This document shows, one piece after another, positions 29,038-38,954 of a DNA stretch of 64,000 bases. Each line of letters begins with the position of its first letter. The first letter of the stretch is position 1. The stretch is from positions 9,145 to 73,144 of the forward strand of contig WVZY01000077.1 of NCBI GenBank assembly GCA_011772205.1, given 5' to 3'. The notes beneath the pieces are model-generated. The model had not been told where the DNA came from and made no database searches. It saw only the letters and a program-made list of their open reading frames with translations. Made by a program: the position numbers and the translations under genes. Origin of the DNA: Candidatus Latescibacterota bacterium. GTDB taxonomy: Bacteria; Krumholzibacteriota; Krumholzibacteriia; WVZY01.

Positions 29038-29258
29038 GCCATGCCCTCCCTGCTTAAGTGAGCAAAAAATGAAGATAACAATAGGTCGGCTGCGAAGGAA
29101 TACCGCTTAGATAGAGCGGTCTTAGCGAGAATAAGAAAAGCGGACATAGGACCCCTATTCGTAGGAGCAAGTGGGAATGCTCACAAATACGGACGGTAGG
29201 TTATTCGGCTTGCGCGGACGAATATGACCCTTGCCACAGCTTTCATATTGAGGTGTTT

Positions 29259-29287
29259 ATTATACCATAAATTTTAAGGACTTACAA
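29259..29287 (-). promoter_or_regulatory. Sigma70 promoter for paralog C
   Basis: TTGTAA-17nt-TATAAT with TG extension. Confidence 0.7.
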
Positions 29288-29468
29288 GTATAAGATCAAC
29301 TCAACGGGGGGAAGCTCCAAAAGCAGAATCGATGAAAGAAGGCAGAAAAATGAAGAATAACAACCTCCATAAAGAAAAGCGTTCGCAATCGAACGCCACA
29401 AGCCTTGAAAACGATTGAGGGGGGAAATATGCTGCGATTTAAATTATAATCAGCTATGTCAGTGGATC

Positions 29469-30059
29469 TTAGTCCTCCCACCTGGTGATCTTGTCGTTTA
29501 CCACATAAATATATTTGCTTCGGTTCCCTACTTTGTAGATCCATTGTTCCTCTTTATGCCCGCCAATTTCATAGGATTTGATCTCTGTGGGGATGCCCCA
29601 CGATTCCAAGGCCGCTTCGGCGTCCATGCCTATGAACACTTCGTGGTTTCGTATTGCACGTCCCGTCTTCTTCCCCCATTTCCTGATATATTCCACCTGG
29701 CGGAGCATCGGATCCTTGAACCAGAAGATATCGGCTAATCTGCTCTCAATCTTCTCGACAGTTAGCGGCCTTTCAACTTCGAGTCCGTGCACAATTTTTT
29801 TTCTCTTCGGACCCTTAACAGTAACGGATCCATTCATGTGGAAGTCCAGGTCGATGATTTCCACTTTTGTATCCCTTTGCACGATACCGTGCTGGCTGAG
29901 ATCTTCGAGTATGATGCGGGTCCAGGCCTTTTTATTTTTGTACTTCTTGATCAGTGCTTCCTGCTTCTCTATCGGAATATCCTTGATGATCGCATGCTTG
30001 ACCGATGAGCAGCTGAAAAGAACCAATATGAGAGGTAGAATCAACTTCTTCATCATCAC
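29469..30059 (-). CDS. Lipoprotein with C-terminal SmpA/BamE-like domain
   Basis: Lipobox LFSC; IGMDAEAALESWGIP...EQWIY...YIYV. Confidence 0.7.
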   Translation of the reverse strand: MMMKKLILPLILVLFSCSSVKHAIIKDIPIEKQEALIKKYKNKKAWTRIILEDLSQHGIVQRDTKVEIIDLDFHMNGSVTVKGPKRKKIVHGLEVERPLTVEKIESRLADIFWFKDPMLRQVEYIRKWGKKTGRAIRNHEVFIGMDAEAALESWGIPTEIKSYEIGGHKEEQWIYKVGNRSKYIYVVNDKITRWED

Positions 30060-30113
30060 TCCTTTGACGCCGGATGGAACTTTTTGGATGAGTCTGGTGG
30101 GGTCCCGATATTT

Positions 30114-30476
30114 TCAACTCACGCCCTCGATATGCGTCACCAGCATTTCTCTCTCGTCTTCTGCAAAATCGACGACGACGAGATCGATCCTAGGTGTGAG
30201 GGCTTTGCAAGCGGCGCTCAAAAGGCCTTGTAACGCGGTTCGGATCCTCTCGAGCTTCCTCGCATCCACCGCTTCAGCCGCTGCTCCGAAACGGCTGCCT
30301 CGACGGAGCTTCACTTCCACGGCAACAAGTATACAGCCCTTCTTTACGAGCAGGTCGATTTCTCTGCCGGCATAGCGGTAGTTTCTTTTTACGAGCTGAT
30401 AGCCTTTTATTTTCAAAAACGCTTCGGCGATTCGCTCACCGAGCTCGCCGATCTGTCGGGTGCTCGCCACATCCAC
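30114..30476 (-). CDS. yraN: YraN (UPF0102) PD-(D/E)xK protein
   Basis: GELGERIA...EIDLL...VEVKLR; typical position after rnhB. Confidence 0.9.
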   Translation of the reverse strand: MDVASTRQIGELGERIAEAFLKIKGYQLVKRNYRYAGREIDLLVKKGCILVAVEVKLRRGSRFGAAAEAVDARKLERIRTALQGLLSAACKALTPRIDLVVVDFAEDEREMLVTHIEGVS

Positions 30477-30505
30477 ATCCTCCCATCTTCAACCCCATTA
30501 CATTT

Positions 30506-31207
30506 TTAAAACATCTTGTCTATTTTTTCAATCCCTTTCACTCGGAAGGTTTTCCTGTGCTCCGGAACGGTCCCATGTTTGGTGATGGCTTCCAGGTGCT
30601 CCTTCGTACCGTATCCCTTATTGCGAGTGAAGTTGTAGACCGGATACCGCTTGTGAAGCCTCCTCATCATCCGATCCCTGGTGACTTTCGCTACGATTGA
30701 CGCTGCTGCGATCGCCATGCTCTTCCCATCCCCCCCGGGAATTGCAATTACCATGCGGGGGACATTGATTCTGTCGCGCCCATCGATCAGTATCACGTCG
30801 GGCGTGACTTCCAGCCTCTCCACGGCCTTCGCCATGGCGAACAACGTGGCGTTCAGGATGTTGTACCTATCGATCCGCCGCGGAGTTCCGATTGCAACTC
30901 CGATGGAAATTGCCCGATCGAGAATTTCGAAGTAAAGTGCTTCCCGATCTTTCTCCCCGATCTTTTTCGAATCGTTCACGCCGTCAAGCCCGGATGAGGA
31001 AGGCAACACAACAGCAGCGGCAACAACCGGTCCCGCCAGCGCTCCCCGCCCGGCCTCATCAACGCCAGCCAAATGTCTGACCCCGCGCATCATATAGCGC
31101 CTATCGAAGGCCTCGAGCCTTCGGCCGCCGACGAGCAGCGCGATCTTCCTCGCAACGCTATTGCTTCCTCGGCGTTTTTCTTTCTGAGATTCTGGCCGCT
31201 TTTCCAA
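30506..31207 (-). CDS. rnhB: Ribonuclease HII
   Basis: [37 protein letters not shown]. Confidence 0.95.
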   Translation of the reverse strand: MEKRPESQKEKRRGSNSVARKIALLVGGRRLEAFDRRYMMRGVRHLAGVDEAGRGALAGPVVAAAVVLPSSSGLDGVNDSKKIGEKDREALYFEILDRAISIGVAIGTPRRIDRYNILNATLFAMAKAVERLEVTPDVILIDGRDRINVPRMVIAIPGGDGKSMAIAAASIVAKVTRDRMMRRLHKRYPVYNFTRNKGYGTKEHLEAITKHGTVPEHRKTFRVKGIEKIDKMF

Positions 31208-31514
31208 CCAGGTTCCTTAGATAGTACAGCTTGGCGCGTCGAACTCTTCCTCTCTTGACAACTTTGATTGATTTAATGTTCGGCGAATGGAGAGGGAAAA
31301 TCCGTTCGACGCCGATACCGGAACTGATTTTACGGACGGTAAACGTTTCACCGGCCCCGCCACCCCGGCGCTGGATCACTACGCCCTGGAACGCTTGCTC
31401 CCTCTCTTTGTTTCCTTCGACAACGCGGACCATCACACGGACCGTGTCGCCTACATCAAATTCAAATGGGCGGCCCTTGAGCATTTTTCTCTCGATACTT
31501 TCGATCGCGTGCAT
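31158..31514 (-). CDS. rplS: 50S ribosomal protein L19
   Basis: [36 protein letters not shown]. Confidence 0.97.
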   Translation of the reverse strand: MHAIESIERKMLKGRPFEFDVGDTVRVMVRVVEGNKEREQAFQGVVIQRRGGGAGETFTVRKISSGIGVERIFPLHSPNIKSIKVVKRGRVRRAKLYYLRNLVGKAARISERKTPRKQ

Positions 31515-31527
31515 TCTGTGTTCCTCC

Positions 31528-32229
31528 TCATTTTTTCTTATTCGTCTCTTCCTTCAAAAGATCGGGTCTCAAAGCTCGGGTCTTCTCGAGAGAAGAACGC
31601 TCGCGCCACTTTTCGATCTCTTTATGGTTGCCTGAAAGCAATACGTCGGGTACTTTTGATCCCCGGTACTCTGCAGGCCGGGTATAATACGCACAGTCTA
31701 ACAAATGGCCCCGCTTTGTCGCAAAAGAATCCGTATCCCTGGAGTCCTCATTTCCCAAAACATTTTCGAGCAGCCGAACCATCGCCTCGATACATACGGC
31801 TGCGGCAAGTTCTCCACCGCTCAATATAAAATCCCCTATGGATACCTCTTCGGTGACCACGAGCTCGCGTACCCGTTCATCCACTCCCTTGTACCGCCCG
31901 CATATGAACGTAATTTCGGGATGACCCGCCAAACGCTTGGCCAGATCCTGGTCGAAGCGCTTTCCGGCTGGGCTCATGAGAATTACTGGACTTCCCGGCG
32001 GAAGCGACAAGCTCTCGACTGCTTCAATGATGGGGGGCGCCATCATTACCATCCCGGCACCGCCTCCGTATGGGACGTCATCCACCGTGCGGTGCGCATC
32101 TTTGGTGAAATCCCTGGGATTGACCAGCTTGTACTGCAAGAGTCCTTTCTTCTGGGCGACTCCAAGCATCCCCATTGACAAGATCTCTTCCATTACATCA
32201 GGAAATATCGTAATGACATTAGCCTTCAT
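31528..32229 (-). CDS. trmD: tRNA (guanine37-N1)-methyltransferase
   Basis: [41 protein letters not shown]. Confidence 0.96.
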   Translation of the reverse strand: MKANVITIFPDVMEEILSMGMLGVAQKKGLLQYKLVNPRDFTKDAHRTVDDVPYGGGAGMVMMAPPIIEAVESLSLPPGSPVILMSPAGKRFDQDLAKRLAGHPEITFICGRYKGVDERVRELVVTEEVSIGDFILSGGELAAAVCIEAMVRLLENVLGNEDSRDTDSFATKRGHLLDCAYYTRPAEYRGSKVPDVLLSGNHKEIEKWRERSSLEKTRALRPDLLKEETNKKK

Positions 32230-32233
32230 CCCA

Positions 32234-32767
32234 TCAATCCTCTATCAAACCCGGGATCGGTCGAATGACGATCTCCCCTTTCTTTACATCCGTTGAGATG
32301 ACGAATTCTGGGACTGCTGGAACGAGAAAAGTCCCTTTTTCTCCCGCCACTTCGTACACATCGTGAACCGGAGTGAACATCACTGACGTTACTTCACCGA
32401 AACGCGTTCCATCCTCCCCCATGACCGTGTTCCCAACGATCTGAAAGGGTAGCGGCCTGTCCGGCAACCCGACGTCCAACTCCTCTGAATCAATAAAAAT
32501 CTCGCCACCTACCAGCGCTTCTGCATCCGTGCGGTCGGAGACGTCCGCAACTTTCAAAATGTAGTGACTCTTTTGTCTCCTGAAACGCACCACTTCCAGC
32601 GGCCGGGCATCCACGCCAGTGCCGTGGAGCAGGCGGAGGAAGAGCTTCTTCGACTGGAGGACCCCCTCCCAGAAATCATGGGTCGGGATCAGCTTGAGCT
32701 CACCTTTTATCCCGAACGGCCTTGCGAAATGTCCTAGAAAAATTTCTTCCTTCTCCAAAGCGCTCAT
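32234..32767 (-). CDS. rimM: Ribosome maturation factor RimM
   Basis: PFGIKGEL, DRTDAEAL, C-terminal PRC barrel IPGLI; between khpA and trmD. Confidence 0.9.
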   Translation of the reverse strand: MSALEKEEIFLGHFARPFGIKGELKLIPTHDFWEGVLQSKKLFLRLLHGTGVDARPLEVVRFRRQKSHYILKVADVSDRTDAEALVGGEIFIDSEELDVGLPDRPLPFQIVGNTVMGEDGTRFGEVTSVMFTPVHDVYEVAGEKGTFLVPAVPEFVISTDVKKGEIVIRPIPGLIED

Positions 32768-33018
32768 TCCTTGATTTCGAAGATAATCTTTTCCCCTGCC
32801 TTGCTGGCAGCAGCATTCACAAGGGTTCTTATGGCGCGGGCGGTTTGGCCGTTCTTGCCGATGACCTTTCCGAGATCTTCTGCGCTGACGGACAGCTCCA
32901 TTACCGTGTAATTTTCTTTGTGGGATTCCCTCACTTTCACGGATTTCGGCTGCTCGACGAGGGAAGTAGCAATGTACTCGATTAGCGTTTTGATTGTTGA
33001 TTTGTTGACTTCTGCCAT
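32764..33018 (-). CDS. khpA: KH-domain RNA-binding protein KhpA
   Basis: DLGKVIGKNGQTARAIRTL; after rpsP. Confidence 0.92.
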   Translation of the reverse strand: MAEVNKSTIKTLIEYIATSLVEQPKSVKVRESHKENYTVMELSVSAEDLGKVIGKNGQTARAIRTLVNAAASKAGEKIIFEIKE

Positions 33019-33133
33019 TTTATTACTGCACCTCTTGCTTTCTATGTTTCCATATTTCTATGTAGGTGGATCGAGAAGTTCCTTGCCTCTATCAAATCTC
33101 GAACACCTCGTCGAGCATGCGTGCTGACGCATG

Positions 33134-33583
33134 CTACGACTCGCTCTTGCCCGTCTCAGGATCCGTTGTCTCGCTCGGTTCCTCGCGAACCACAGGAGCG
33201 GCTTCAGCCTTTTCCTCCTTCTCCACCTTCGGCGCCGGAGTTACCACCGAGGGAGCGGGCGGTGCCGTCTCAATGCCCATCTCTTCGAGTTTTGCATCCA
33301 GGTCCTCTCTTTTCACACCCTGCTTGAGAAGCTGCCACTTCTGCATCGCACCAGTGCGCCTGAGGATGCTCTCGGTGTTGTCCGAAGGAACCGCCCCCCT
33401 TTCGAGCCATTTGAGAACGCCTTCCTCATCAACTTTGATCTCAGGTGGATCGGTTAGCGGATTATAATACCCCAACGTCTCGATGAACCGTCCATCGCGC
33501 GGGTTTCTCGAATCTGTTGCAACGATCCGGTAAAATGGCTTCTTCTTCGAGCCCATCCGTTTCAATCGGATTTTTACAGCCAA
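33134..33583 (-). CDS. rpsP: 30S ribosomal protein S16 with acidic C-terminal extension
   Basis: TTG start after GGAGGTG; [32 protein letters not shown]. Confidence 0.97.
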   Translation of the reverse strand: MAVKIRLKRMGSKKKPFYRIVATDSRNPRDGRFIETLGYYNPLTDPPEIKVDEEGVLKWLERGAVPSDNTESILRRTGAMQKWQLLKQGVKREDLDAKLEEMGIETAPPAPSVVTPAPKVEKEEKAEAAPVVREEPSETTDPETGKSES

Positions 33584-33610
33584 TGTTCACACCTCCAGAC
33601 GAATCGGTAA

Positions 33611-34930
33611 CTACATAAAGGGAAGTTTTGCTTTGCCTTTGAATTTTCCAAACATTTTCATCATCTTTTTCATTTCTTGAAATTGCTTCAGAAGCCTGTT
33701 TACCGCCTGAACGTTGGTTCCGCTGCCTTTGGCAATTCGCTTTCTTCTGCTTCCGTCGATGATGTGTGGTTTAATCCGTTCCTCCAAGGTCATCGAGTTG
33801 ATGATTGCCTCTACCTCGACGAACTGTCTTTCGTCCACCCTGAAGCCTTTCATCATCGCCTTCGACGCCCCGGGGATCATTTTCAAAATATCCTCGATCG
33901 GGCCCATTTTCTTGAGCCGCTTGAGCTCCTCAAGAAAATCGCTCAACGTAAATGACTGTTCGCGAAGCTTTTTTTCTAGTTTTGCCGCTTTTTCCGCATC
34001 GATCGAATCCTGGACCTTCTCTGCAAGTGACAGCACATCGCCCATTCCCAGGATTCGCCCGGCCATCCGGTCCGGGTGGAACAGCTCTAGATCACCGAGT
34101 TTTTCGCCCGTTCCCGCGAAGCGAATTCGCGTGTTTGCAACGCTTGCCACGGACAGTGCCGCTCCGCCTCTTGCGTCGCCGTCCAGTTTCGTGAGTACGA
34201 CACCGCTCATACCCAAGCGCTCGTTGAATGTCTTGGCCACATTGACAGCTTCCTGGCCGGTCATGCTGTCGAGAACGAGCAGCACTTCCTCGGGTTTGGC
34301 AACGCCTTTCAGGATCTCCAGCTCTTCCATCATGCGGTCGTCGATGTGGAGCCTTCCGGCCGTATCGAGAATCATGGTGTCGCAAAGAAGCTCGCGCGCA
34401 CGCTCCGCCGCGCGCTTGTACAACTCCGCGACGTCTTTAACCGCAGCATCCCCGATCGAGACCGGAAGCCCGACTTGGCGTCCCAGGATTTCCAGCTGGT
34501 CCATTGCGGCCGGCCGGTAAACATCCAGCGCAACGAGAAGCGGTTTCCTGCCCTTCTTTTTCAGAAAGGAACCCAGCTTCGCGCAAAATGTGGTTTTACC
34601 CGACCCTTGGAGACCCACGAGCATTACGCTCGTAAAACTCCCCTTGATCACGAACGGCACGGCGCTGCCGCCGAGAAGCTCGGCCAACTCCTCGTGGACG
34701 ATCTTTACGATCTGCTGCGCCGGGGTGAAGCTTTTGACGACGTTCTCGTCGCGAGCCTTCGCTTCCACTCTGGAAACGAAATCCTTTACGACGCGGTAAT
34801 TTACGTCCGCCTCGAGCAGGGCCCGCCTCACCTGCCTCATCATCTCTTCGATATCTTTCTCGGAGAGCTTGCCGCGGGACCTCAGCTTGGAGAAGATCCC
34901 CTCAAGTCTCTCGGATAAGCTGCTGAACAA
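33611..34930 (-). CDS. ffh: Signal recognition particle protein Ffh
   Basis: ALLEADV, GLQGSGKTT, DTAGR, TKLDGDARGG, M domain SRRKRIAKGSG; start placed at TTG34930. Confidence 0.96.
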   Translation of the reverse strand: MFSSLSERLEGIFSKLRSRGKLSEKDIEEMMRQVRRALLEADVNYRVVKDFVSRVEAKARDENVVKSFTPAQQIVKIVHEELAELLGGSAVPFVIKGSFTSVMLVGLQGSGKTTFCAKLGSFLKKKGRKPLLVALDVYRPAAMDQLEILGRQVGLPVSIGDAAVKDVAELYKRAAERARELLCDTMILDTAGRLHIDDRMMEELEILKGVAKPEEVLLVLDSMTGQEAVNVAKTFNERLGMSGVVLTKLDGDARGGAALSVASVANTRIRFAGTGEKLGDLELFHPDRMAGRILGMGDVLSLAEKVQDSIDAEKAAKLEKKLREQSFTLSDFLEELKRLKKMGPIEDILKMIPGASKAMMKGFRVDERQFVEVEAIINSMTLEERIKPHIIDGSRRKRIAKGSGTNVQAVNRLLKQFQEMKKMMKMFGKFKGKAKLPFM

Positions 34931-35199
34931 GATACACCATCCCCGGCAGATGAAACTCCAGGAATCGACGACTGAGCCGCTGTGCAAATGAATCGTCAGA
35001 GGAGGCTTGCCGCAGAACGCACTTTGCCTATAAATACGAACAAGTTATCAGATGGCCGCGGGGTAAGCAAGCGGAAAAATCGGCCTTTGAAGCAGCACGA
35101 AAAGCGCTTGGCAGCGCCTCCAAGGCATCGGGACCGCCTTGCCAGGACAACCGATTTATGTGAGAATGGCTCCCGAAATCGCACGCTGTTCTGCGGCTA

Positions 35200-36276
35200 A
35201 TGCTCTATAGAACAAGGGAATCGTTAAGCATCTACTCAGGAGCCAATGAGGGGGCGCCATTGAATCTCGGATATGTCAAGTACGCGAGAGTCGGCTTGAG
35301 CTATCTCTTGAAAAGCACCGAGCTGCCCGCCGGAAGAACCCTGGGCATCACCGTCGAGCCCACCAACATCTGCAATCTCCGCTGCATTTACTGCCCCCAG
35401 AGCGATGAGAAAAACCATTTCATAAATGGCAGGGGCTTCATGAAGTATGAAACCTATAAAGTGATATTGGATAACATCTTATCTGATTTTACCCCACGAT
35501 TTGTTTCTCTTCATAGGGATGGCGAGCCCCTCTTGAACAAGGAATTGGATAAGTTCATCGAATATACCGTCTTAAGAGGGATCCATACGGGAGTGTCGAG
35601 CAACTGCACAATGCTGGATCCAGAGAGAGCCCGGCGCCTACTGGATGCGGGCCTCGGTTTCATCAAAACGGACTTCTGCGCAGATGAATACTTGTTCGAA
35701 AAGCTCCGTGTTGGAGGCAACTGGAAAGCAACCTACGAAGGAATGACGACCATACTCGAGGAGGCAAAAGAAAGCGACATCCGGTTTCAAATGAACATAA
35801 CGGATCTGAGCACACACGAAGTCGCTGATGAAACGGCCAGAACGAACATGGAGAAACTCCGGGAGCTTTTCTCGAAGTTCGAGAAGTCCGTGTCCATATC
35901 GAAAGTGCATTTTCATAACGCGCTCGATGAGAGCATCGAAATAATGACCAAAGACGATTACAAGAAGAACCACAGAACGTATACCTTGTGCCATCACCCA
36001 TGGGTGCATATCGTTGTGGACTTTCGAGGCAACGTCGTTCCCTGCTGCAGAGATCTGCGCAGCGAATATATCTGCGGCAACCTGCTCAAAACCACAATGA
36101 AGGAGATTTGGAATAACGACCGTTTTATCCGTTTGAGAAGAGCTCTGGCGGAACGGAAACCGGAAGAAATCAACATATGCGCTAAGTGCGACCTGCCGTA
36201 TCGAGGGAGCTACTCCGGGAAGAACGCCGTGTCGAAAATTTCGAATATATTGTTTTCGAGAACATGGAAGAGGTAA
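35200..36276 (+). CDS. Radical SAM protein with SPASM/Twitch domain
   Basis: CNLRCIYC, GEPLL, CHHPW...VPCC...CAKC. Confidence 0.9.
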   Translation: MLYRTRESLSIYSGANEGAPLNLGYVKYARVGLSYLLKSTELPAGRTLGITVEPTNICNLRCIYCPQSDEKNHFINGRGFMKYETYKVILDNILSDFTPRFVSLHRDGEPLLNKELDKFIEYTVLRGIHTGVSSNCTMLDPERARRLLDAGLGFIKTDFCADEYLFEKLRVGGNWKATYEGMTTILEEAKESDIRFQMNITDLSTHEVADETARTNMEKLRELFSKFEKSVSISKVHFHNALDESIEIMTKDDYKKNHRTYTLCHHPWVHIVVDFRGNVVPCCRDLRSEYICGNLLKTTMKEIWNNDRFIRLRRALAERKPEEINICAKCDLPYRGSYSGKNAVSKISNILFSRTWKR

Positions 36277-36365
36277 TCCGAGGCCGGAAATCGTGAAGCC
36301 ACGACGAAGAATAGTATAATGAAGGAAGATAAGCCGTGCCGGAATGAATGGATTTGTGCCGGTTC

Positions 36366-37058
36366 TTATTGGCCCCGGATATCGACAATCGCCCGAGCAT
36401 AATCGGGAGATCTAAAAATTGCCGTCCCTGCAACGATAATATCCACTCCAGCATCCCGAACGCGTTTCGCCGTATCCGGATTGATCCCGCCGTCGACCTG
36501 GATTGCAAAGCCAAATCCCTCTTTCTCCCTGAAATCCCTTGCCGTGGATATCTTCTCGAGGACCGTGTCGACAAACTCTTGCCCGCCGAAACCGGGAAAC
36601 ACACTCATGAGAAGCAGCAAATCGATTTTATCGAGGAACCGTTTCGTGCGTTCCAACGGCGTGTCGGGATTTATGGAGAGCCCGCACTTCCCACCGTGTT
36701 CTTTGATCATTTTCAGATCTCTCGTAAGATCCTCGCTCGCTTCAACGTGGATGGTAACGATGTCCGCACCGCTGTCGATGAAGCGCGGAATGTATCTGTC
36801 CGGATGATCGATCATCAAGTGGGTATCCAACGGGAGATTGGCCAGGCGGTTAATGGCTTCTATGATGAGAGGTCCAAAGGTGAGATTCGGGACGAAATGT
36901 CCGTCCATTACATCGAGATGCAGAAGGTCGGCGCCCGCGCTCTCCACAGCGGCGATTTCCTCTCCCAATCGCGAAAAATCCGCAGAAAGCAGGCTCGGTG
37001 CAACGGCAACATTGTACTTGGAGCGCTTTTCAATCGGAACCAGCTGCCACCAGTTCAA
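36366..37058 (-). CDS. rpe: Ribulose-phosphate 3-epimerase
   Basis: APSLLSADF, HLDVMDGHFVPN, MSVFPGFGGQ, VDGGIN. Confidence 0.96.
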   Translation of the reverse strand: MNWWQLVPIEKRSKYNVAVAPSLLSADFSRLGEEIAAVESAGADLLHLDVMDGHFVPNLTFGPLIIEAINRLANLPLDTHLMIDHPDRYIPRFIDSGADIVTIHVEASEDLTRDLKMIKEHGGKCGLSINPDTPLERTKRFLDKIDLLLLMSVFPGFGGQEFVDTVLEKISTARDFREKEGFGFAIQVDGGINPDTAKRVRDAGVDIIVAGTAIFRSPDYARAIVDIRGQ

Positions 37059-37791
37059 TCGAATCTCCCTCTCGAATCAGAGTTCCAGGCGGAGGTCGCT
37101 GGCCAATCACCGTATTGGGATAAGTGCCGGGCCGATGCTCGTACCGGATGCCTCCGACCCTGAAACCCATGTTCTGCAGTTTCTCTTTGATGAAAAGAAG
37201 GTCCTGACCGGCAAGGTTAGGCACAATGTAGCGCGCTTTCTTGCCCCCGACGGCTACCAGAAGATCTACGGCACCGCCTTCGGTGAGCTCGCGTCCGGGG
37301 GGCGGAAATGACGAGAGCACTGTTTCTTGGATGTCGCTCACTCGAAGCACCTTGGAAACCCGCCCCACTCGGAGATTGTGCCGGGTGAGCAAGATCCGGC
37401 TTTGACGGAGCGAGAGGCCTTTCAAATCGGGAACGCGGCGCATTTTGGGACCAAGACTCAGGACCACCGAGACAGTGCGGCCTTCTTTGATCGAATCGTT
37501 TGGACGGGGCGTCTGCGAAATCACGTAACCTTTCGGAACCGCTCCGCTGTTGATTTCACGGGAGATGCGGAGCCTCAGCGAAATCCTTTCGGTGAATTGC
37601 CGAGCCTGCTTCTCGCTCATCCCCCGCAAGTCGGGAACGAGAACGGTGTTCCGCTGATGCACCAACAGGGGCATCAGAACAAAATTGAACACGAGCATCC
37701 CCAGAAGGAAAGCGCCGATGCAGATGAGGCCTCCGATTCCAATCGAACGGAGTGTCATCCGTCTGCCTGATGCTGGAACTTGCCTGTCCAT
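37030..37791 (-). CDS. Membrane protein with three PASTA domains
   Basis: N-terminal TM; VPDLRGMS, VPDLKGLS, VPNLAGQ repeats. Confidence 0.9.
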   Translation of the reverse strand: MDRQVPASGRRMTLRSIGIGGLICIGAFLLGMLVFNFVLMPLLVHQRNTVLVPDLRGMSEKQARQFTERISLRLRISREINSGAVPKGYVISQTPRPNDSIKEGRTVSVVLSLGPKMRRVPDLKGLSLRQSRILLTRHNLRVGRVSKVLRVSDIQETVLSSFPPPGRELTEGGAVDLLVAVGGKKARYIVPNLAGQDLLFIKEKLQNMGFRVGGIRYEHRPGTYPNTVIGQRPPPGTLIREGDSIELVAAGSD

Positions 37792-37875
37792 TGGCCCCTC
37801 GCTGCTGGGTATCGTTGCTCTGATGCAACACGGTTCGGGCTCGGCCTGGCCTCGACCTGGCAGAAAAACGACCAG

Positions 37876-37904
37876 AGTGTATCCCAGGCCGAGAAGAGGG
37901 TCAA
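37876..37904 (-). promoter_or_regulatory. Sigma70 promoter for PASTA-rpe
   Basis: TTGACC-17nt-TACACT. Confidence 0.55.
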
Positions 37905-37985
37905 TTGAAACCCAATCCGAGGCTTTCTACGCGCTTGGGATGGATTTGTTTCATCATTGATGAACGGGAACGTTGACCGCCCGGT

Positions 37986-38930
37986 TCATCCAAGGATGTC
38001 GCCTGGTCGTATTTTTGATCCTGGCGCAAATGCCGGCGCATCGAGCGCCCGCTTGCCCTCCGGCTTGAGGCGCTGTATCTCTAGCGTGCCGCTGCCGCAG
38101 GCCACACGAAAAGGCACCAGCGACAGAACACTGCCCGGAGGCGCGTCAGAAGCTTCCTGCGCTAGAGGGCGGACCCCTAGCAGAATCAACCTCTTCCCCG
38201 AGTGAAACGTGTAGGCCGTTGGCCACGGGTACATTGCCCGGACCAGCCTGGAGATCTCCTCCGCCGTCTTGGTCCAGCTCACGAGCCCCTGCTCCTTGCG
38301 TATCTTTTTCGTATAAGTGCCGGCATCCGGATCCTGCTTTTGGCGGGTGATGGAACCGCTTCTCAATTCTAGCAACGTCCGGACAATAAGACCTGCCCCC
38401 GCTCGGGAGATCCTCTCACCGAGGCTCTGCGCCGTATCCTCGGGAAGAATCTCTATCCTTTCGGTTAACAACATATCTCCCGTGTCGATGCCCCTGTCCA
38501 TCAGGATCGTCGTACACCCCGTTACCTCATCCCCGGCCAGTATCGCGGCTTGAATAGGAGACACTCCCCGGTATTTCGGGAGCAAAGATCCATGGAGGTT
38601 CACACAGCCCAGCTTCGGCAGCCCGAGAAGATCCTCTTTGAGGATCAGCCCAAACGCGACGACAACGATCACGTCGGGCTGGATAGCAGCGATTTCCCGG
38701 GCACGAGCTCCGTAACCTTCCCTGGTCATCACCATCACGGGATATCCCAGCTTTTTGGCGACGACTTTCACCGGCGTAGGAGAGACCGTCCTACCGCGCC
38801 CTTTCGCCCGGTCCGGTTGAGTGACGACCTGGACGACGTCGACATCCGGGCAGGCGGCCAGCGCTTCCAGTGTGGGAACCGCAAATTCCGGGCTACCCAT
38901 GAAAACGACTCTCAGTCTCGCTTCGGGCAA
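37986..38930 (-). CDS. fmt: Methionyl-tRNA formyltransferase
   Basis: FMGSPEFA, VTQPDR, NLHGSLLPKYRG, DTGD. Confidence 0.96.
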   Translation of the reverse strand: MPEARLRVVFMGSPEFAVPTLEALAACPDVDVVQVVTQPDRAKGRGRTVSPTPVKVVAKKLGYPVMVMTREGYGARAREIAAIQPDVIVVVAFGLILKEDLLGLPKLGCVNLHGSLLPKYRGVSPIQAAILAGDEVTGCTTILMDRGIDTGDMLLTERIEILPEDTAQSLGERISRAGAGLIVRTLLELRSGSITRQKQDPDAGTYTKKIRKEQGLVSWTKTAEEISRLVRAMYPWPTAYTFHSGKRLILLGVRPLAQEASDAPPGSVLSLVPFRVACGSGTLEIQRLKPEGKRALDAPAFAPGSKIRPGDILG

Positions 38931-38954
38931 AGCACCCGCTCCAGAGGAAAAGGG

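Noticed and set aside
34931-35199. SRP RNA next to ffh, or a RiPP precursor for the radical SAM enzyme
   Set aside because: No SRP domain IV motif was seen; the 62-72 aa ORFs lack an SD and precursor-like features
37792-37985. rsmB remnant between fmt and the PASTA gene
   Set aside because: No recognisable coding remnant; the space holds a plausible promoter
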